Assembly: GCA_016191115.1 (NCBI GenBank)
Contig: JACPPG010000005.1
Span: forward strand, 23,119 to 87,118
Reading direction: 5' to 3'
Length of the DNA: 64,000 nucleotides
Source: Planctomycetia bacterium
GTDB taxonomy: Bacteria > Planctomycetota > Planctomycetia > Pirellulales > JACPPG01
The position numbers and the translations under genes were made by a program. Under the pieces are notes generated by a model. It worked only from the letters and a program-made list of their open reading frames with translations, was not told the origin of the DNA and did not search any database. Shown piece by piece: positions 19,156 through 30,787 of this stretch. How positions within the stretch are numbered: position 1 is the first letter of the stretch; each line of letters opens with the position of its first letter.

Positions 19156-20889
19156 TCATCTCCCCGGCGACGTTCCGCCAAATTCGGCGGCGAACGCCTT
19201 CGGGTTGAGCTCTTCGCCCGTGGCGTGTTTGGTGAGCGCGTTCCAGCTCAGGCTGCGGCCGAGGGCGAACACCTTCGAGCGCATGAACTCGCCCACTTGC
19301 TTGTTGTCGGTGTAAAACGCGCGGGCCGGGTTGTCGGTCTTGAGCACTTCGCGGGCGATCGCCTGATGGACCTGGCAGGCGAACAATTGCCCCATCATGT
19401 AGTTGTGGTAGTAGGCCGGGGCCGAGACGACGTGGATCTTGCTGGCGTAGTCGGGCGCGTTGCGCCCCTCGGGCCGCTTGAGCAACTGGTACTTCTCGAC
19501 CAGGTCCCACCACAGCTTGTTCAGGTCCTGGCCGGGATCGGCGTACATCGCCTTCTCGAATCGCAGCATCACCTGGCACCACCGCGAGAAGATCAAAAGC
19601 TGGTTGCGGCGCATCTTCATGCCGGTTTCCGTGTACGCGGCCGGGTCCGGCACCGCGACGCCCATCTTCACCAGCCACGCCCCGTTCTTCGAGAATCGCT
19701 CGAACATCATCGCCACGCCCTCGGTACACAGGATGTGCGCGTCGGTCCGCAGTACGTAGGGCATGCTCGGCGGGATGTTCTTGCTGCTGTAGACCGAATG
19801 GCCCAGCTCGTGCAACATCGTGCCCATCCAGTATTCGTTGGACACGATATTGGCAAGCACGCGCACATCTCCCTGCCGATCGATATCGGTGCAAAAGGCG
19901 TGCGGGCTTTTGCCGGGTTTTTCGTACAGGTCGCTGCGGGCGATCACGTCGTCGATGGAGAGGCCGATCCCCGCGTAGAACGTCCGGCACAGGCCCAGGA
20001 TGTCGGCCGAGGCAAACGGTGAATCCAGGTTGACGGTGAAAATGGCCGGGCTTTCCTGGAAGAACGGGTCGTGATAGTGCCAGGGGCGCAGCTCGTCGAC
20101 GTCGATTCCGTAGTTCAAGGAAAGCTTAGCGTCGATCTCGCGCTTGGCGTCGGCGAACGGCCGCCGTGTCAGATCGTCCAAGGCGTCGAACAGCTTCAGC
20201 ACCTCGGCCTGGCTCTGTTCGTTGAGCTCAAGCTGCATGGCGTGATAGTCGGCAAAGCCCAGCTTGCGTGCCGCTTCGTTGCGCAAGAGCACCAGTTGCT
20301 GGAGGTCCGCTTCGACCGCGCGACCCACTTCCTTACTCGCCTCCCAGACACTCTTGCGCTCCGCGGAGTCCTTCGATTCCTTGAGTATCTTGCGGACTTC
20401 GCTATCGGCGAGCTGCTTGTCGCCGACCTTGGCGCGATAGACGTTGAACGCCTTTTCGATTTCGTTGGCCTTGGCGGTGATCCGCTTCAGGAGCGCGGGA
20501 TCGACCTGTTTTTCCAGATAGATGAGATAGAGAATGTCGATCTGCCGCTTGACCAGCGGATCGGCGATGGGCGACGCTTTGATCGACTTGAGCTCGGCAA
20601 ATCGCCGCGAGTCGGCCAAAGCCTGGTCCAGCTTGTTCTGTGCCTCGACCTTGGCGGCGAAATCTTCATCCTTGCCGGTGGTGTTTGCGTTCCACCACGC
20701 CTGGTTGGCGGCGATCTCGAGCGGCCGGAGCTGCGCCTCGTGCTCGGCAATGAACGTGGCGGCCCGCTTGTCGTTTTCCGCTTCGTTCGCTCGCGCTGCG
20801 ATTGGCATGGCCGTCCCTTCCACTAGTGCCATCACGATCGAGAGCAAAACGGGCCAGCGCCGCGAAGGCGCGTCGGGGTAAGTCGCCAT
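19156..20889 (-). CDS. M2 family metallopeptidase (peptidyl-dipeptidase A/ACE-like)
   Basis: HELGH zinc motif, TEGVA, PAYYHNY; start inferred. Confidence 0.88.
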   Translation of the reverse strand: MATYPDAPSRRWPVLLSIVMALVEGTAMPIAARANEAENDKRAATFIAEHEAQLRPLEIAANQAWWNANTTGKDEDFAAKVEAQNKLDQALADSRRFAELKSIKASPIADPLVKRQIDILYLIYLEKQVDPALLKRITAKANEIEKAFNVYRAKVGDKQLADSEVRKILKESKDSAERKSVWEASKEVGRAVEADLQQLVLLRNEAARKLGFADYHAMQLELNEQSQAEVLKLFDALDDLTRRPFADAKREIDAKLSLNYGIDVDELRPWHYHDPFFQESPAIFTVNLDSPFASADILGLCRTFYAGIGLSIDDVIARSDLYEKPGKSPHAFCTDIDRQGDVRVLANIVSNEYWMGTMLHELGHSVYSSKNIPPSMPYVLRTDAHILCTEGVAMMFERFSKNGAWLVKMGVAVPDPAAYTETGMKMRRNQLLIFSRWCQVMLRFEKAMYADPGQDLNKLWWDLVEKYQLLKRPEGRNAPDYASKIHVVSAPAYYHNYMMGQLFACQVHQAIAREVLKTDNPARAFYTDNKQVGEFMRSKVFALGRSLSWNALTKHATGEELNPKAFAAEFGGTSPGR

Positions 20890-21010
20890 TTCGTGCCGTT
20901 TCCAGGCGAGAAGAAGGTCTGATGATGCCGCAATCGACATGGTCCCGCCGCATGCCGGCAAGCCTACCTTACCGGCTGAAACCGCGATTTCAAGCGGGCC
21001 CGGCGCCTGC

Positions 21011-21167
21011 CAGGGCCATTATGTTTTTCAAAATGGCGAGGCGGGAAAATGGGACTGGCTCCGAGCAGAAACAGCGCAAGTCCTTTCAGACCAACGTTGC
21101 GTCTCGGTGCCTGTCCCACTTTCCCGCCGGTGCGCCGCCGGCAAGCTTGAATCTGTGAACGGCCCTG
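21011..21167 (-). mobile_element. MITE-A copy 3 (157 bp, inverted)
   Basis: Reverse complement of consensus; degenerate flanking repeat cggcgcctgc/tgtcgcccgc (7/10). Confidence 0.9.
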
Positions 21168-21305
21168 TGTCGCCCGCCAAACCCGCCCGTGCAAGCACGG
21201 GAAAGCCCGATCGCTGTTAACGGAAATGTAACGGCCGTCCGGCCGGCGGCCAGCGTAGCTTATGGATAGGGGCAACGAGGTCGGAAACCAAGAGGAGGAC
21301 GGGCC

Positions 21306-21779
21306 ATGATGAGGGTTCTGACGCGAGGCGCGCAATGCGGTGTGGTGCTATTGGCCATGGCAACGGCCCAGCACGCTTTTGCCGCGCCGGCAGGGAGTTC
21401 CACGGGCGCAACTGGGACAAACGCGGCGGGCGTGAAGGCAAAAGCCATGCATGCCGCCGTCGCCAAGGCGCGCGTGCGACACATGGCGATGCAAAACGGC
21501 GCGGGCGCATCCGGCGCTCAAATCGGCTCCGGCACCGGGGCGACAGGGCAGAACATGGGCCAGAAGCTGCAGCAATTCCGCCACCATCGGCATCACCGGC
21601 ATGCCGCGACCGCGCAAAATGGCGCGTCGCAGGCCGGGGCGGGCCAGGGAGCCACTGGCGCGGCAGGCACGAATCTACCGCCGGCGACCGGCGCGAATCC
21701 GACCAGGGGTTTGCACAAGGCCACCGGCAAAGGACACGGGAGCAGCCAGGCGCCACACGCTACGGCCGGACGGTCGTAG
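21306..21779 (+). CDS. Small secreted Ala/Gly-rich low-complexity protein
   Basis: GAGGAGG RBS, signal peptide (AFA), RHHRHHRH patch. Confidence 0.65.
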   Translation: MMRVLTRGAQCGVVLLAMATAQHAFAAPAGSSTGATGTNAAGVKAKAMHAAVAKARVRHMAMQNGAGASGAQIGSGTGATGQNMGQKLQQFRHHRHHRHAATAQNGASQAGAGQGATGAAGTNLPPATGANPTRGLHKATGKGHGSSQAPHATAGRS

Positions 21780-21853
21780 CCGGTCGATATGAGGCTCTCC
21801 CATTTCATGCGGCGGCCGGTTCAGTCGGCCGCCGCTTTGCTTCGCGCGCGCTG

Positions 21854-23509
21854 TTAAAACTCACTCGATCTCGGCTTGTGGTCGGCGGCCGCGAACGCCT
21901 TCTCGAATCGCTCGCGGACGTTTGTCGCGTCCACTGAGTTTTGCGCCTTCAGGCTTTCCGCCAGGCCAAACAGCGACCAGCCGTTTTCCGGGTAGCGCTC
22001 GAGGTCGGCGCGGTACACCTTCTCGGCCTCGGCCGCGCGGCCGGCCGCCAGGAGCACCGCTCCCAGCGACTGGCGGACGGAATAGTACCAAGGCGGCGGC
22101 TCGTCGTAGGCCAGGTCGTCTTGCAGGCGGACGGCCTCTTGCAGCCGCGCCACGGCTTCGTCGGAGTGCCCCTCGTTCGCGGCTATCTTGCCGGCGAGCG
22201 TGCCCGTGGCGATCGACAGCAGATGGGCGACCGAGTGTCGCATGAACATCGTGTCGGCCGGCGTCGCCGATTGAATCTCGCGAAGCTGCTTGAGCTCGCC
22301 GCTCGCGTCGTCCAGCTTTGCCGTTTCGGCCAGGGCGATGCCGCGAGCGTAGTGCCAGATGCCGGTGGCATACCGCAACTCGGTCGAAGGCGGCGGCGCC
22401 GCCAGCACTTCGTCCCATAGGCCGAATCGAAGCGACGTGAACAAGCGAGTCGGCACGAACGCCTCGATCATCGGCATCTCGCGGACCGCCTCTTCGCCCA
22501 ATAGCTTGCTGACTTCGTCGGCCGCCTGGACCGCCTCGGCCCGGCACCCCGCGAAGCACAACGCGGCCCACAGGAAATGGACGTTGTGCGGGTAGTAGAA
22601 CATGGGGTAAATGCCCTCGGGCTTGTAGCGCTCGATATAGGCCCGGTCCGCCTTGACGGCGCGGCGATTGTTTTCGGCGGCGTCGTTATAGCGCCCGAGG
22701 CGCATATAGATGTGGGCCGGCATGTGAACCAGGTGGCCGGCCCCCGGCGCGAGGCCCGGCAAGCGGTCGGCGGCCGCCAGCGCGCGCTCGGGCCGCGTCG
22801 AGGCTTCGACGGCGTGGATGTAAAAGTGGCAGGCGCCCGGGTGGTTCGGATTCTTCTCCAGCACGCGCTCGAGCGTGGCGACGATCTCCTCGGTGCCGGG
22901 CTGCGGCTGGCCGTCGCGCGTCCACAAGTCCCACGGCCGCAGGTCCATTAGCGCCTCGGCATAGAGCACAGCGGCGTCGAGATCGTCCGGATATTTTTTC
23001 GCGAGCTCGCGCATGGCGTCGGCGTACGCGCGGTCGAGCGCTTTGCGATCGGCCGTTTCTGGAGAATCCGAGTGGCGCTTGGCCAGCGCCGCGATGTAGT
23101 CGACCTCCCACGGCGCGGCGATGCGGGCATAGCGCTGGGCCTTCTGGATCGCGGCCAAGGCCTGCTTTTCGCGCTCGGGATCGGCCTCGAGGTTGTAGTT
23201 CGGACCCAGGGAATAGGCCATGCCCCAGAAGGCCATCGCGCAGTGCGGATCGACGTCCTCGATGGCCTGGAAGGCCCGCAGCGCCTCGTTGTGATTGAAG
23301 GCGTACAGCAGGCGCAGTCCCTGGTTGAAGAAGGCTTGCGTCTGGGGAGCGGCGGTGGTGATCTTGTGCTCGTAATCGCCCAAGTCGGCGATCACGGGGA
23401 ATTTCTCGGGTCTGGGCGGCGGGTCTTGGGCGACGGCGCGTTGTGCCGTCGCCGCGGCAACGAGCGCGACAGCGGCCGGCACTGATAGAAGGACACAGGT
23501 GCGTCTCAT
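21854..23509 (-). CDS. Secreted TPR-repeat protein
   Basis: FFNQGL..YAFNH.EA, HPGACHFYIH, GHLVHMPAHIY, YDEPP and PENGW motifs. Confidence 0.88.
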   Translation of the reverse strand: MRRTCVLLSVPAAVALVAAATAQRAVAQDPPPRPEKFPVIADLGDYEHKITTAAPQTQAFFNQGLRLLYAFNHNEALRAFQAIEDVDPHCAMAFWGMAYSLGPNYNLEADPEREKQALAAIQKAQRYARIAAPWEVDYIAALAKRHSDSPETADRKALDRAYADAMRELAKKYPDDLDAAVLYAEALMDLRPWDLWTRDGQPQPGTEEIVATLERVLEKNPNHPGACHFYIHAVEASTRPERALAAADRLPGLAPGAGHLVHMPAHIYMRLGRYNDAAENNRRAVKADRAYIERYKPEGIYPMFYYPHNVHFLWAALCFAGCRAEAVQAADEVSKLLGEEAVREMPMIEAFVPTRLFTSLRFGLWDEVLAAPPPSTELRYATGIWHYARGIALAETAKLDDASGELKQLREIQSATPADTMFMRHSVAHLLSIATGTLAGKIAANEGHSDEAVARLQEAVRLQDDLAYDEPPPWYYSVRQSLGAVLLAAGRAAEAEKVYRADLERYPENGWSLFGLAESLKAQNSVDATNVRERFEKAFAAADHKPRSSEF

Positions 23510-23656
23510 GACTCGATCCCTTGTAGCAAGCCCGCTGGCCAGGTTCGGCAGACAAGTTCCCCGCGGCCGGGGAGGGGCATAAATGCCGCCAACAACACAA
23601 TCGGCAATGGCGCCCGCGGCGTCAAGCGCGTGAGGTTTGGCGGGCGCATTGGGGAT

Positions 23657-23747
23657 CGGGAGGGCGAGGCTCCTGCCGAGCCGCAGCCGCGAAAGACGTC
23701 GTTTTCGTCCCGGCTCGGCAGGAGCCTCGCCCAGCTTCGCCCTCCCG
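23657..23747. repeat. REP-like inverted pair, family GGGAGGGCGAGGCTCC
   Basis: cgggagggcgaggctcctgccgagccg ... cggctcggcaggagcctcgccc. Confidence 0.85.
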
Positions 23748-24102
23748 AGCTTGCGCGACGTAACCTGCGCGAGCCTGGGTCCCAAAAGAAGAAGCCACCA
23801 GGTCGCCCGGGAAAAGCGACCTGGTGGCGGCGCGGGGAAGGGCTGATCGAACCAGTGCGTCGGCGTTGCGGGATCGAAGGTGCCGCCTCGGGGTGCCAAC
23901 TCAAGTTGTCGGGCGGAGCGGGATGTCGACGCGAGGTTCAACCGGTCCGACTCGCCCGCATGCTTAAGGGGGAACGAGCGAGCGAGCCGGACGAGCAAGA
24001 CCATACCCGGCCTTTGTTCGAGGATCGTCAGCCGCCTGTTAGTTTCCCGTGTTAACCGGCAACGGAAATGAGGAATTAACGTGCAAACGCGAGCGCCGAA
24101 AG

Positions 24103-24189
24103 AGCGAGCCGCCGGGTTTATCCCGGCGGTCTTACGGTGGCGACAGGCGCTGTTCCCAAAGACCGCAGGGATAAACCCGGCGGCTCGCT
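24103..24189. repeat. REP-like inverted pair (AGCGAGCCGCCGGGTTTATCCC)
   Basis: ~30-bp arms, near-perfect inverted repeat. Confidence 0.8.
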
Positions 24190-24261
24190 TGAGGTTCGCG
24201 GGCTGGCGTGCTGAAAGCGTGTTCTTCGTGCGAGAAAAAGCGTGTTCTTCGTGCGAGAACG

Positions 24262-24296
24262 AAAAAGGCCGGGCGGAAGCTCCACCCGGCCTTATT
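24262..24296 (-). terminator. Rho-independent terminator of rpoD
   Basis: Minus strand AAGGCCGGGTGGA-GCT-TCCGCCCGGCC-TTTTT, 24 bp after the stop. Confidence 0.8.
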
Positions 24297-24319
24297 GATT
24301 TCTTCGATTCGCCGTTGCC

Positions 24320-25885
<1,566 letters not shown>

Positions 25886-26413
25886 TGCAACACTCCTGCG
25901 TGGGGTTGGGGTATAGGCAAGTCCAGACTCAGGGAAGATGCCGGCGCGCTTCCCTACCGTCGATCCGTGTCGCAGAGGCCAGGTAGGAGATCGCCTCCTG
26001 CTAGAGCCACGGCTTTATGAATGCGGCATTACCCTCGATCCGAGCAATTATCACAACTTGGGCCTCGAAAAGCCACCAAATTCTAACACCATTTTCCACC
26101 GCCACTCGCTCCGGCGGCTGATTGGCAGAGGATGCCGCATGGGCAAGATCAACCACGCCTCATGGGGCTAAAAACGTATCTCAGTCTCAAGTTATTTTAC
26201 CCATCTTAACAATCGGAGGTTTCGGACCGCCGCCTCGCCGAGCGAGCCGCCCACCTCGCCTGAAGAGCGCCCACAAGCCCGACGCCGCTGCCTTCGGTGG
26301 CACGCGGCTGGACACCTTCGATCGTGTGACACGCTTTCGCCGTGCGCAGTCAAGATGACTGGATGGCGAACCACCCGAATGGAGCGAGGCGTGGTCGAGA
26401 CTTGCGCCTGCGT

Positions 26414-27139
26414 CTATTTCACGAACTTCACAAACGGATCAACGTCGGCATCGCGATGCCGCTGGTATTCGGTGCCATCGGCGATCCGCTCGGCTGTCTC
26501 CTTGCCGAAGAGTCGCTCGATCACGGCCAGCGACATGTCGATCCCGGCCGACACGCCCGACGATGTCACGCGATTGCCGTCGTCGACCCAGCGGGCTTCC
26601 TTGACCCAGTCTGTCTTTTCGCCTTGCGCCACGGCGAGACTGAAGTACTGTTTGTTCGACGTGGCGCGGCGGCCGTCGAGCAATCCCGCCTTGGCCAAGA
26701 GAGCCGATCCGGAGCAGACGCTCATCACGATCTCGGCCTTCTCGGCGCGGCCGCGCAGCCAGGCGAGCATCTCTTCGTTTTTGAGTTCCGTCAGCGTGCC
26801 GAAGCCGCCGGGGACGAGAATCATGTCCAATGGCGGGCAATCCTCAAAGCCGTAATCCGCGACGACCTTCGGACCCTGCGTGCTGGCCACCGGTCCGGCC
26901 TTCTGGGCGACCATCACCAGCTTGACCCGTCCGGCGAGGTTGCCGAACATCTCGGCCGGCCCGTACACGTCCAACAGCTCGAAACGCGGATACAGCACGA
27001 TGCCCAGCGTGCGGGGCTTCGGCTGTTGTTCGTCCTGAGCCTGGACAACGGTTGCGGTGAGCACCAGGGCGGCCAACACGCCGAGAACGACCGAAAGACG
27101 GAACGGCGCGTTTTTGAAGAATTGCGACTGCATGGCCAT
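26414..27139 (-). CDS. DJ-1/PfpI family protein with signal peptide
   Basis: FELLDVYGP, VPGG, SVCSG nucleophile and SGVSAGIDM. Confidence 0.9.
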   Translation of the reverse strand: MAMQSQFFKNAPFRLSVVLGVLAALVLTATVVQAQDEQQPKPRTLGIVLYPRFELLDVYGPAEMFGNLAGRVKLVMVAQKAGPVASTQGPKVVADYGFEDCPPLDMILVPGGFGTLTELKNEEMLAWLRGRAEKAEIVMSVCSGSALLAKAGLLDGRRATSNKQYFSLAVAQGEKTDWVKEARWVDDGNRVTSSGVSAGIDMSLAVIERLFGKETAERIADGTEYQRHRDADVDPFVKFVK

Positions 27140-27381
27140 GAGCTCCGTTGAAAGAAACCAAGAACCCGCCATCGCGCCGAGAGGCATTATTGGCCGTTGC
27201 CACGCGCCGGGCAACGGGGGAAGGCAGGCCCCCGGGAGGGCGAAGCAGCCTCGCCCTCCCGACGCGCGGTTGCGCAATCGGTGGCCTCGCTCGGCGGGCG
27301 CGCTTGTTCCATCGGCAAGCGCGAGATAGCATGACCGGTCGACGTGGAGAAACCATCGGCACGAACGGGAGGCGGCTTGAC

Positions 27382-28167
27382 GTGACGCTCGCGGGGAAAG
27401 TCGCACTGGTGACCGGCGCCAGTCGGGGGATCGGCCGAGCCACGGCGATCGCGCTGGCTGAAGCGGGCGCCAGCGTCGTCATTAACTATCATTCCCACGC
27501 CGACGAAGCGGAGAGCGCCGTTGCCGCGGCCCGCGCCGCGGGGGGGCAGGCTGTCGCGCTCGCGGCCGACGTGGCGGACCGGCAGGCCGTCGAGGGGCTC
27601 GTCGAGCAAACGATTGCCCGTTTCGGACGCCTCGACATCGCGGTCACCAACGCCGTGTACAGCGACCGCGATTTGTTCTTCCAGGCCGATCTCGACGGCT
27701 TTGCCCGCACGATCCAGGTCACCATGTGGGGCGCGTTTTACACGCTGCGGGCGGCCAGCCGGCAAATGATCGCTGCGGGAGGAGGCGGCTCGATCGTCGT
27801 AGTGAGCTCGCCGCACGCGTTCATTCCGGTTCCCCGCTCGATGGCCTACAACATGTCGAAGGCGGCGATCGACCAGATGGCGCGCACGGCCGCCATCGAG
27901 CTGGTGGAGCATCGGATTCGCGTGAACATCGTGCATCCTGGCTGGATCGACACGCCCGGCGAGCGGAAGTTTGCCACCGAGGAGCAAATCCAGCGCGGCG
28001 GCGAGAACCTCCCCTGGAACCGGCTGGGGCGGCCCGAGGAAATCGCCCGCGGCGTCGTTTTCCTCTGCGATCCGGCTAGCGACTACATCACCGGCTCGGC
28101 CCTGAAGATCGATGGCGGGGCGACGCTGCCGTGGTGGGCGTCGCGCGGGTCGGCTGTGCCCGAGTAG
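27382..28167 (+). CDS. SDR family oxidoreductase
   Basis: TGASRGIG, YNMSK and HPGWIDT; GTG start after GGGAGG. Confidence 0.93.
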   Translation: MTLAGKVALVTGASRGIGRATAIALAEAGASVVINYHSHADEAESAVAAARAAGGQAVALAADVADRQAVEGLVEQTIARFGRLDIAVTNAVYSDRDLFFQADLDGFARTIQVTMWGAFYTLRAASRQMIAAGGGGSIVVVSSPHAFIPVPRSMAYNMSKAAIDQMARTAAIELVEHRIRVNIVHPGWIDTPGERKFATEEQIQRGGENLPWNRLGRPEEIARGVVFLCDPASDYITGSALKIDGGATLPWWASRGSAVPE

Positions 28168-28201
28168 ACCGGAATCCCTTTTGACTGCGCGCGTGCGGAC
28201 G

Positions 28202-28741
28202 ATGACGATCGAGTACCTGTTGCCGTGCACCTGCGGTGAGAAGCTTGCGGTGGACCGAAGCCAGGCGGGGCTGTCGGTGCGCTGCCGGTGCGGTGCGGAA
28301 CTGGCCGTGCCGACGCTGCGCGGGCTGGCGGCGCTCGAGCGGGCGCCGGCGGAGGCCGAGCCGTCGCAGGAGTGGGGGCCGCGGCAGGCGCTTTGGCTGG
28401 CCGGGGGCTGGGTCGCGGCCTTGGGCGTTCTGGCGGTGGTCGTGCTGTGGCTTATGGCGCCGCGCTATCCGCAATCCCAGATCGACGAGCAGTTGGAGAT
28501 TGTCCGCAGGGCGGCCGACATTGAAGCGATGACGCCCAAGCAGGCTCTCGACCTCTGGAATGCGCTGGCGGAGGGCCTGAATCGTCAAACGCCGCCGGGG
28601 ATCGTCGCGTACGGCGAGGCGGCGGTCATCTACCGTTCGCGGATGCGGATGGCGCTTGTGGTTGCGGGCGCAGGTCTGGTGCTACTCGGTGCAGCGTTTC
28701 TTGTACCCAAGCCCGGTCCGGCGCGCTCACCGCGCCCCTGA
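28202..28741 (+). CDS. Hypothetical membrane protein with N-terminal CxC..CxC Zn ribbon
   Basis: LLPCTCG...VRCRCG..L.VP plus two TMs. Confidence 0.75.
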   Translation: MTIEYLLPCTCGEKLAVDRSQAGLSVRCRCGAELAVPTLRGLAALERAPAEAEPSQEWGPRQALWLAGGWVAALGVLAVVVLWLMAPRYPQSQIDEQLEIVRRAADIEAMTPKQALDLWNALAEGLNRQTPPGIVAYGEAAVIYRSRMRMALVVAGAGLVLLGAAFLVPKPGPARSPRP

Positions 28742-28747
28742 CACATT

Positions 28748-28866
28748 GGGGGGCGGGCATCCTGCCCGCCTTCTGAAGCGCGAGACGACATGCCGCCTCG
28801 CGAGCGTCCCCATGCGCGCTTGAGACATTTCGCAAGCGCCAAAGGCGGGCAGGATGCCCGCCCCCC
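28748..28866. repeat. REP-like inverted pair between convergent genes
   Basis: ggggggcgggcatcctgcccgcctt ... aaggcgggcaggatgcccgcccccc (perfect 25-bp arms). Confidence 0.85.
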
Positions 28867-28871
28867 GAACT

Positions 28872-30125
28872 CTACGCCTTGCGGAAGACGCGCTTCGTTT
28901 CCACCAGGGCCGCGGCGAGCTGCTCGACTTCGGCGAGCGTGTTGTAGAAGTAGAAGCTCGCCCGCACGCTGGCGTTCGTGCCCAGACGCTTGTGCAGCGG
29001 CATGGCGCAGTGATGCCCCGCCCGCGCGGCGATCCCGTGCCGGTCGAGAATCTGCGCGACGTCGTGGGCGTGGATCCCTTCGAGAGTAAAGCTGACGATG
29101 CCTGCCTTATGCTCGGGAGCGGGGCCGAGCAGCCGCACGCCGCCGACGCTCTGAAGCACCTGATGAGCGCGGATCGTCAGCATGCGCTCGTACTCGTGGA
29201 TCCTCTCCAATCCGATCGCGTGGAGGTAGTCGATCGCGGTCCCCAGGCCGATGGCGGGCACGATCGGGGGCGTGCCGGCCTCGAACTTGGCCGGCAGCTC
29301 GGCCGGCTCGAACGTGTCGAGCTTGACGCGGCGGATCATGCTGCCGCCGCCCAAGAAAGGCGGCATTGCATCCAACAGCTCCCGCCGTCCGTATAAGATG
29401 CCCACGCCCGAGGGTCCCAGCATCTTGTGCCCGCTGAAGGCCAGAAAATCGACGCCCAGCGCCTGCACGTCCGTCGGCAGGTGCGGCACGCTCTGCGCGG
29501 CGTCAACCAGCACGAGCGCGCCTGCCGCATGCGCCTGGCGCGCGATCTCGGCCACGGGATTGATCGTGCCCACCACGTTTGACACGGCCGCGACGGCGAC
29601 CAGCTTCGGGCGGCGACTCAAAAGCGCGGGTAGCGCGTCCATCGCGAGCCGCCCGTCGTCGGTGATCGGAATGTGCCGCAGCACGGCGCCGCGTTCCTGG
29701 GCAAGCTGCTGCCAGGGGACGAGGTTCGAGTGGTGCTCCATCTCGGTGAGCAGGATCTCATCGCCCGCTCCGACGTTCTTGCCGCCCCAGCTTCGCGCGA
29801 CGAGGTTGATCCCCTCGGTCGTGCCGTAGGTGAAGATCACTTCTTCGCGATGCCGAGCATTGATGAAGGCACGGGCCTTCTCGCGCGCCTCCTCGTACAG
29901 GTCGGTGCTCTGGTCGCTAAGCCAATGGATGCCGCGATGGACGTTGGCGTACTGCTTTTCGTAGACGTCCACGAGCGACTGGATCACCTGCCGCGGACGC
30001 TGCGTCGTGGCGGCGTTGTCGAGGTACACAAGCGGCACGTCGCCGTGCAGGCGCACCGAGAGGATCGGGAAATCTTCCCGCAACGTCTCGGGATCCAGCG
30101 GCAATACGGGCGCCAACGTGCTCAT
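28872..30125 (-). CDS. sufS: Cysteine desulfurase SufS
   Basis: YLDNAATT, NVHRG, FSGHKM (PLP Lys) and RAGHHCA. Confidence 0.95.
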   Translation of the reverse strand: MSTLAPVLPLDPETLREDFPILSVRLHGDVPLVYLDNAATTQRPRQVIQSLVDVYEKQYANVHRGIHWLSDQSTDLYEEAREKARAFINARHREEVIFTYGTTEGINLVARSWGGKNVGAGDEILLTEMEHHSNLVPWQQLAQERGAVLRHIPITDDGRLAMDALPALLSRRPKLVAVAAVSNVVGTINPVAEIARQAHAAGALVLVDAAQSVPHLPTDVQALGVDFLAFSGHKMLGPSGVGILYGRRELLDAMPPFLGGGSMIRRVKLDTFEPAELPAKFEAGTPPIVPAIGLGTAIDYLHAIGLERIHEYERMLTIRAHQVLQSVGGVRLLGPAPEHKAGIVSFTLEGIHAHDVAQILDRHGIAARAGHHCAMPLHKRLGTNASVRASFYFYNTLAEVEQLAAALVETKRVFRKA

Positions 30126-30562
30126 GGGGATCGTTGCTTCTGTGCGGAAGGCTGGTCGCTCGTCGGCTGCCCATTGTTGGCCACCGGAGAATAAATCGCC
30201 GACTGCAGCACGCGCCAGCTCAACAGGCAGCACTTCTGCCGGTTGGGCGTGAGCTTCGCGCCGAACAGCCGCAGCATGTCCTCGGCCGTGAACTGCTTCA
30301 CTTCTTCGACCGACTTCTGATCGAAGCGCTCGACCAGCATCGAGGCGGCCGCCTGGCTGATGCAGCAGCCGTCGCCGTCGAAGTAGATGTCCTTGATCGC
30401 GCCCGCCGGGTCCACCGCCAGCTCGATCCGCACGACGTCGCCGCACAGCGGGTTGTCGTCCTCGTGCGCGTGCGTCGGGTGCGCACCGTGGCCGCGATGG
30501 TACGGCTCTTCGTAGTGCTCCAGGATGTTCTCCTGGTACAGCTCGTCTTCGGGTTCGGGCAT
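30122..30562 (-). CDS. sufU: SufU/NifU-type sulfur-transfer/scaffold protein
   Basis: NPLCGD, GCCISQAAAS and R.KC motifs; overlaps the sufS start. Confidence 0.9.
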   Translation of the reverse strand: MPEPEDELYQENILEHYEEPYHRGHGAHPTHAHEDDNPLCGDVVRIELAVDPAGAIKDIYFDGDGCCISQAAASMLVERFDQKSVEEVKQFTAEDMLRLFGAKLTPNRQKCCLLSWRVLQSAIYSPVANNGQPTSDQPSAQKQRSP

Positions 30563-30682
30563 GACAAGACCGCAAGCGCTTCAATGGCGGCCGGGTGGGA
30601 ACGGTAGAAGCCGCGAATCACTCTACCACAAGTGTAGGACCGCCCTAGCGGAGCGACAACCCGAGGCACGTGGCGATATCGG

Positions 30683-30759
30683 CACACTAGCCCGAAGCGC
30701 CAGCGAGGGAGAACCGCGGCGAGGCCCTCGCTTGCGCACTTGCGCTTCGGGCTGGTGTG
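30683..30759. repeat. REP-like inverted pair (CTAGCCCGAAGCGCCAGCGAGGG)
   Basis: Inverted arms, with an 8-bp slippage duplication in the right arm. Confidence 0.7.
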
Positions 30760-30787
30760 GAGCGTCGGGTTAGCGCACCCTCGGCCA

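Noticed and set aside
23510..24004. Long N-terminal ORF extensions (TPR gene; similarly sufS, lssY, the ABC ATPase and the condensation enzyme)
   Set aside because: The extensions run through REP or MITE sequence or neighbouring genes; downstream starts fit the domain boundaries better.
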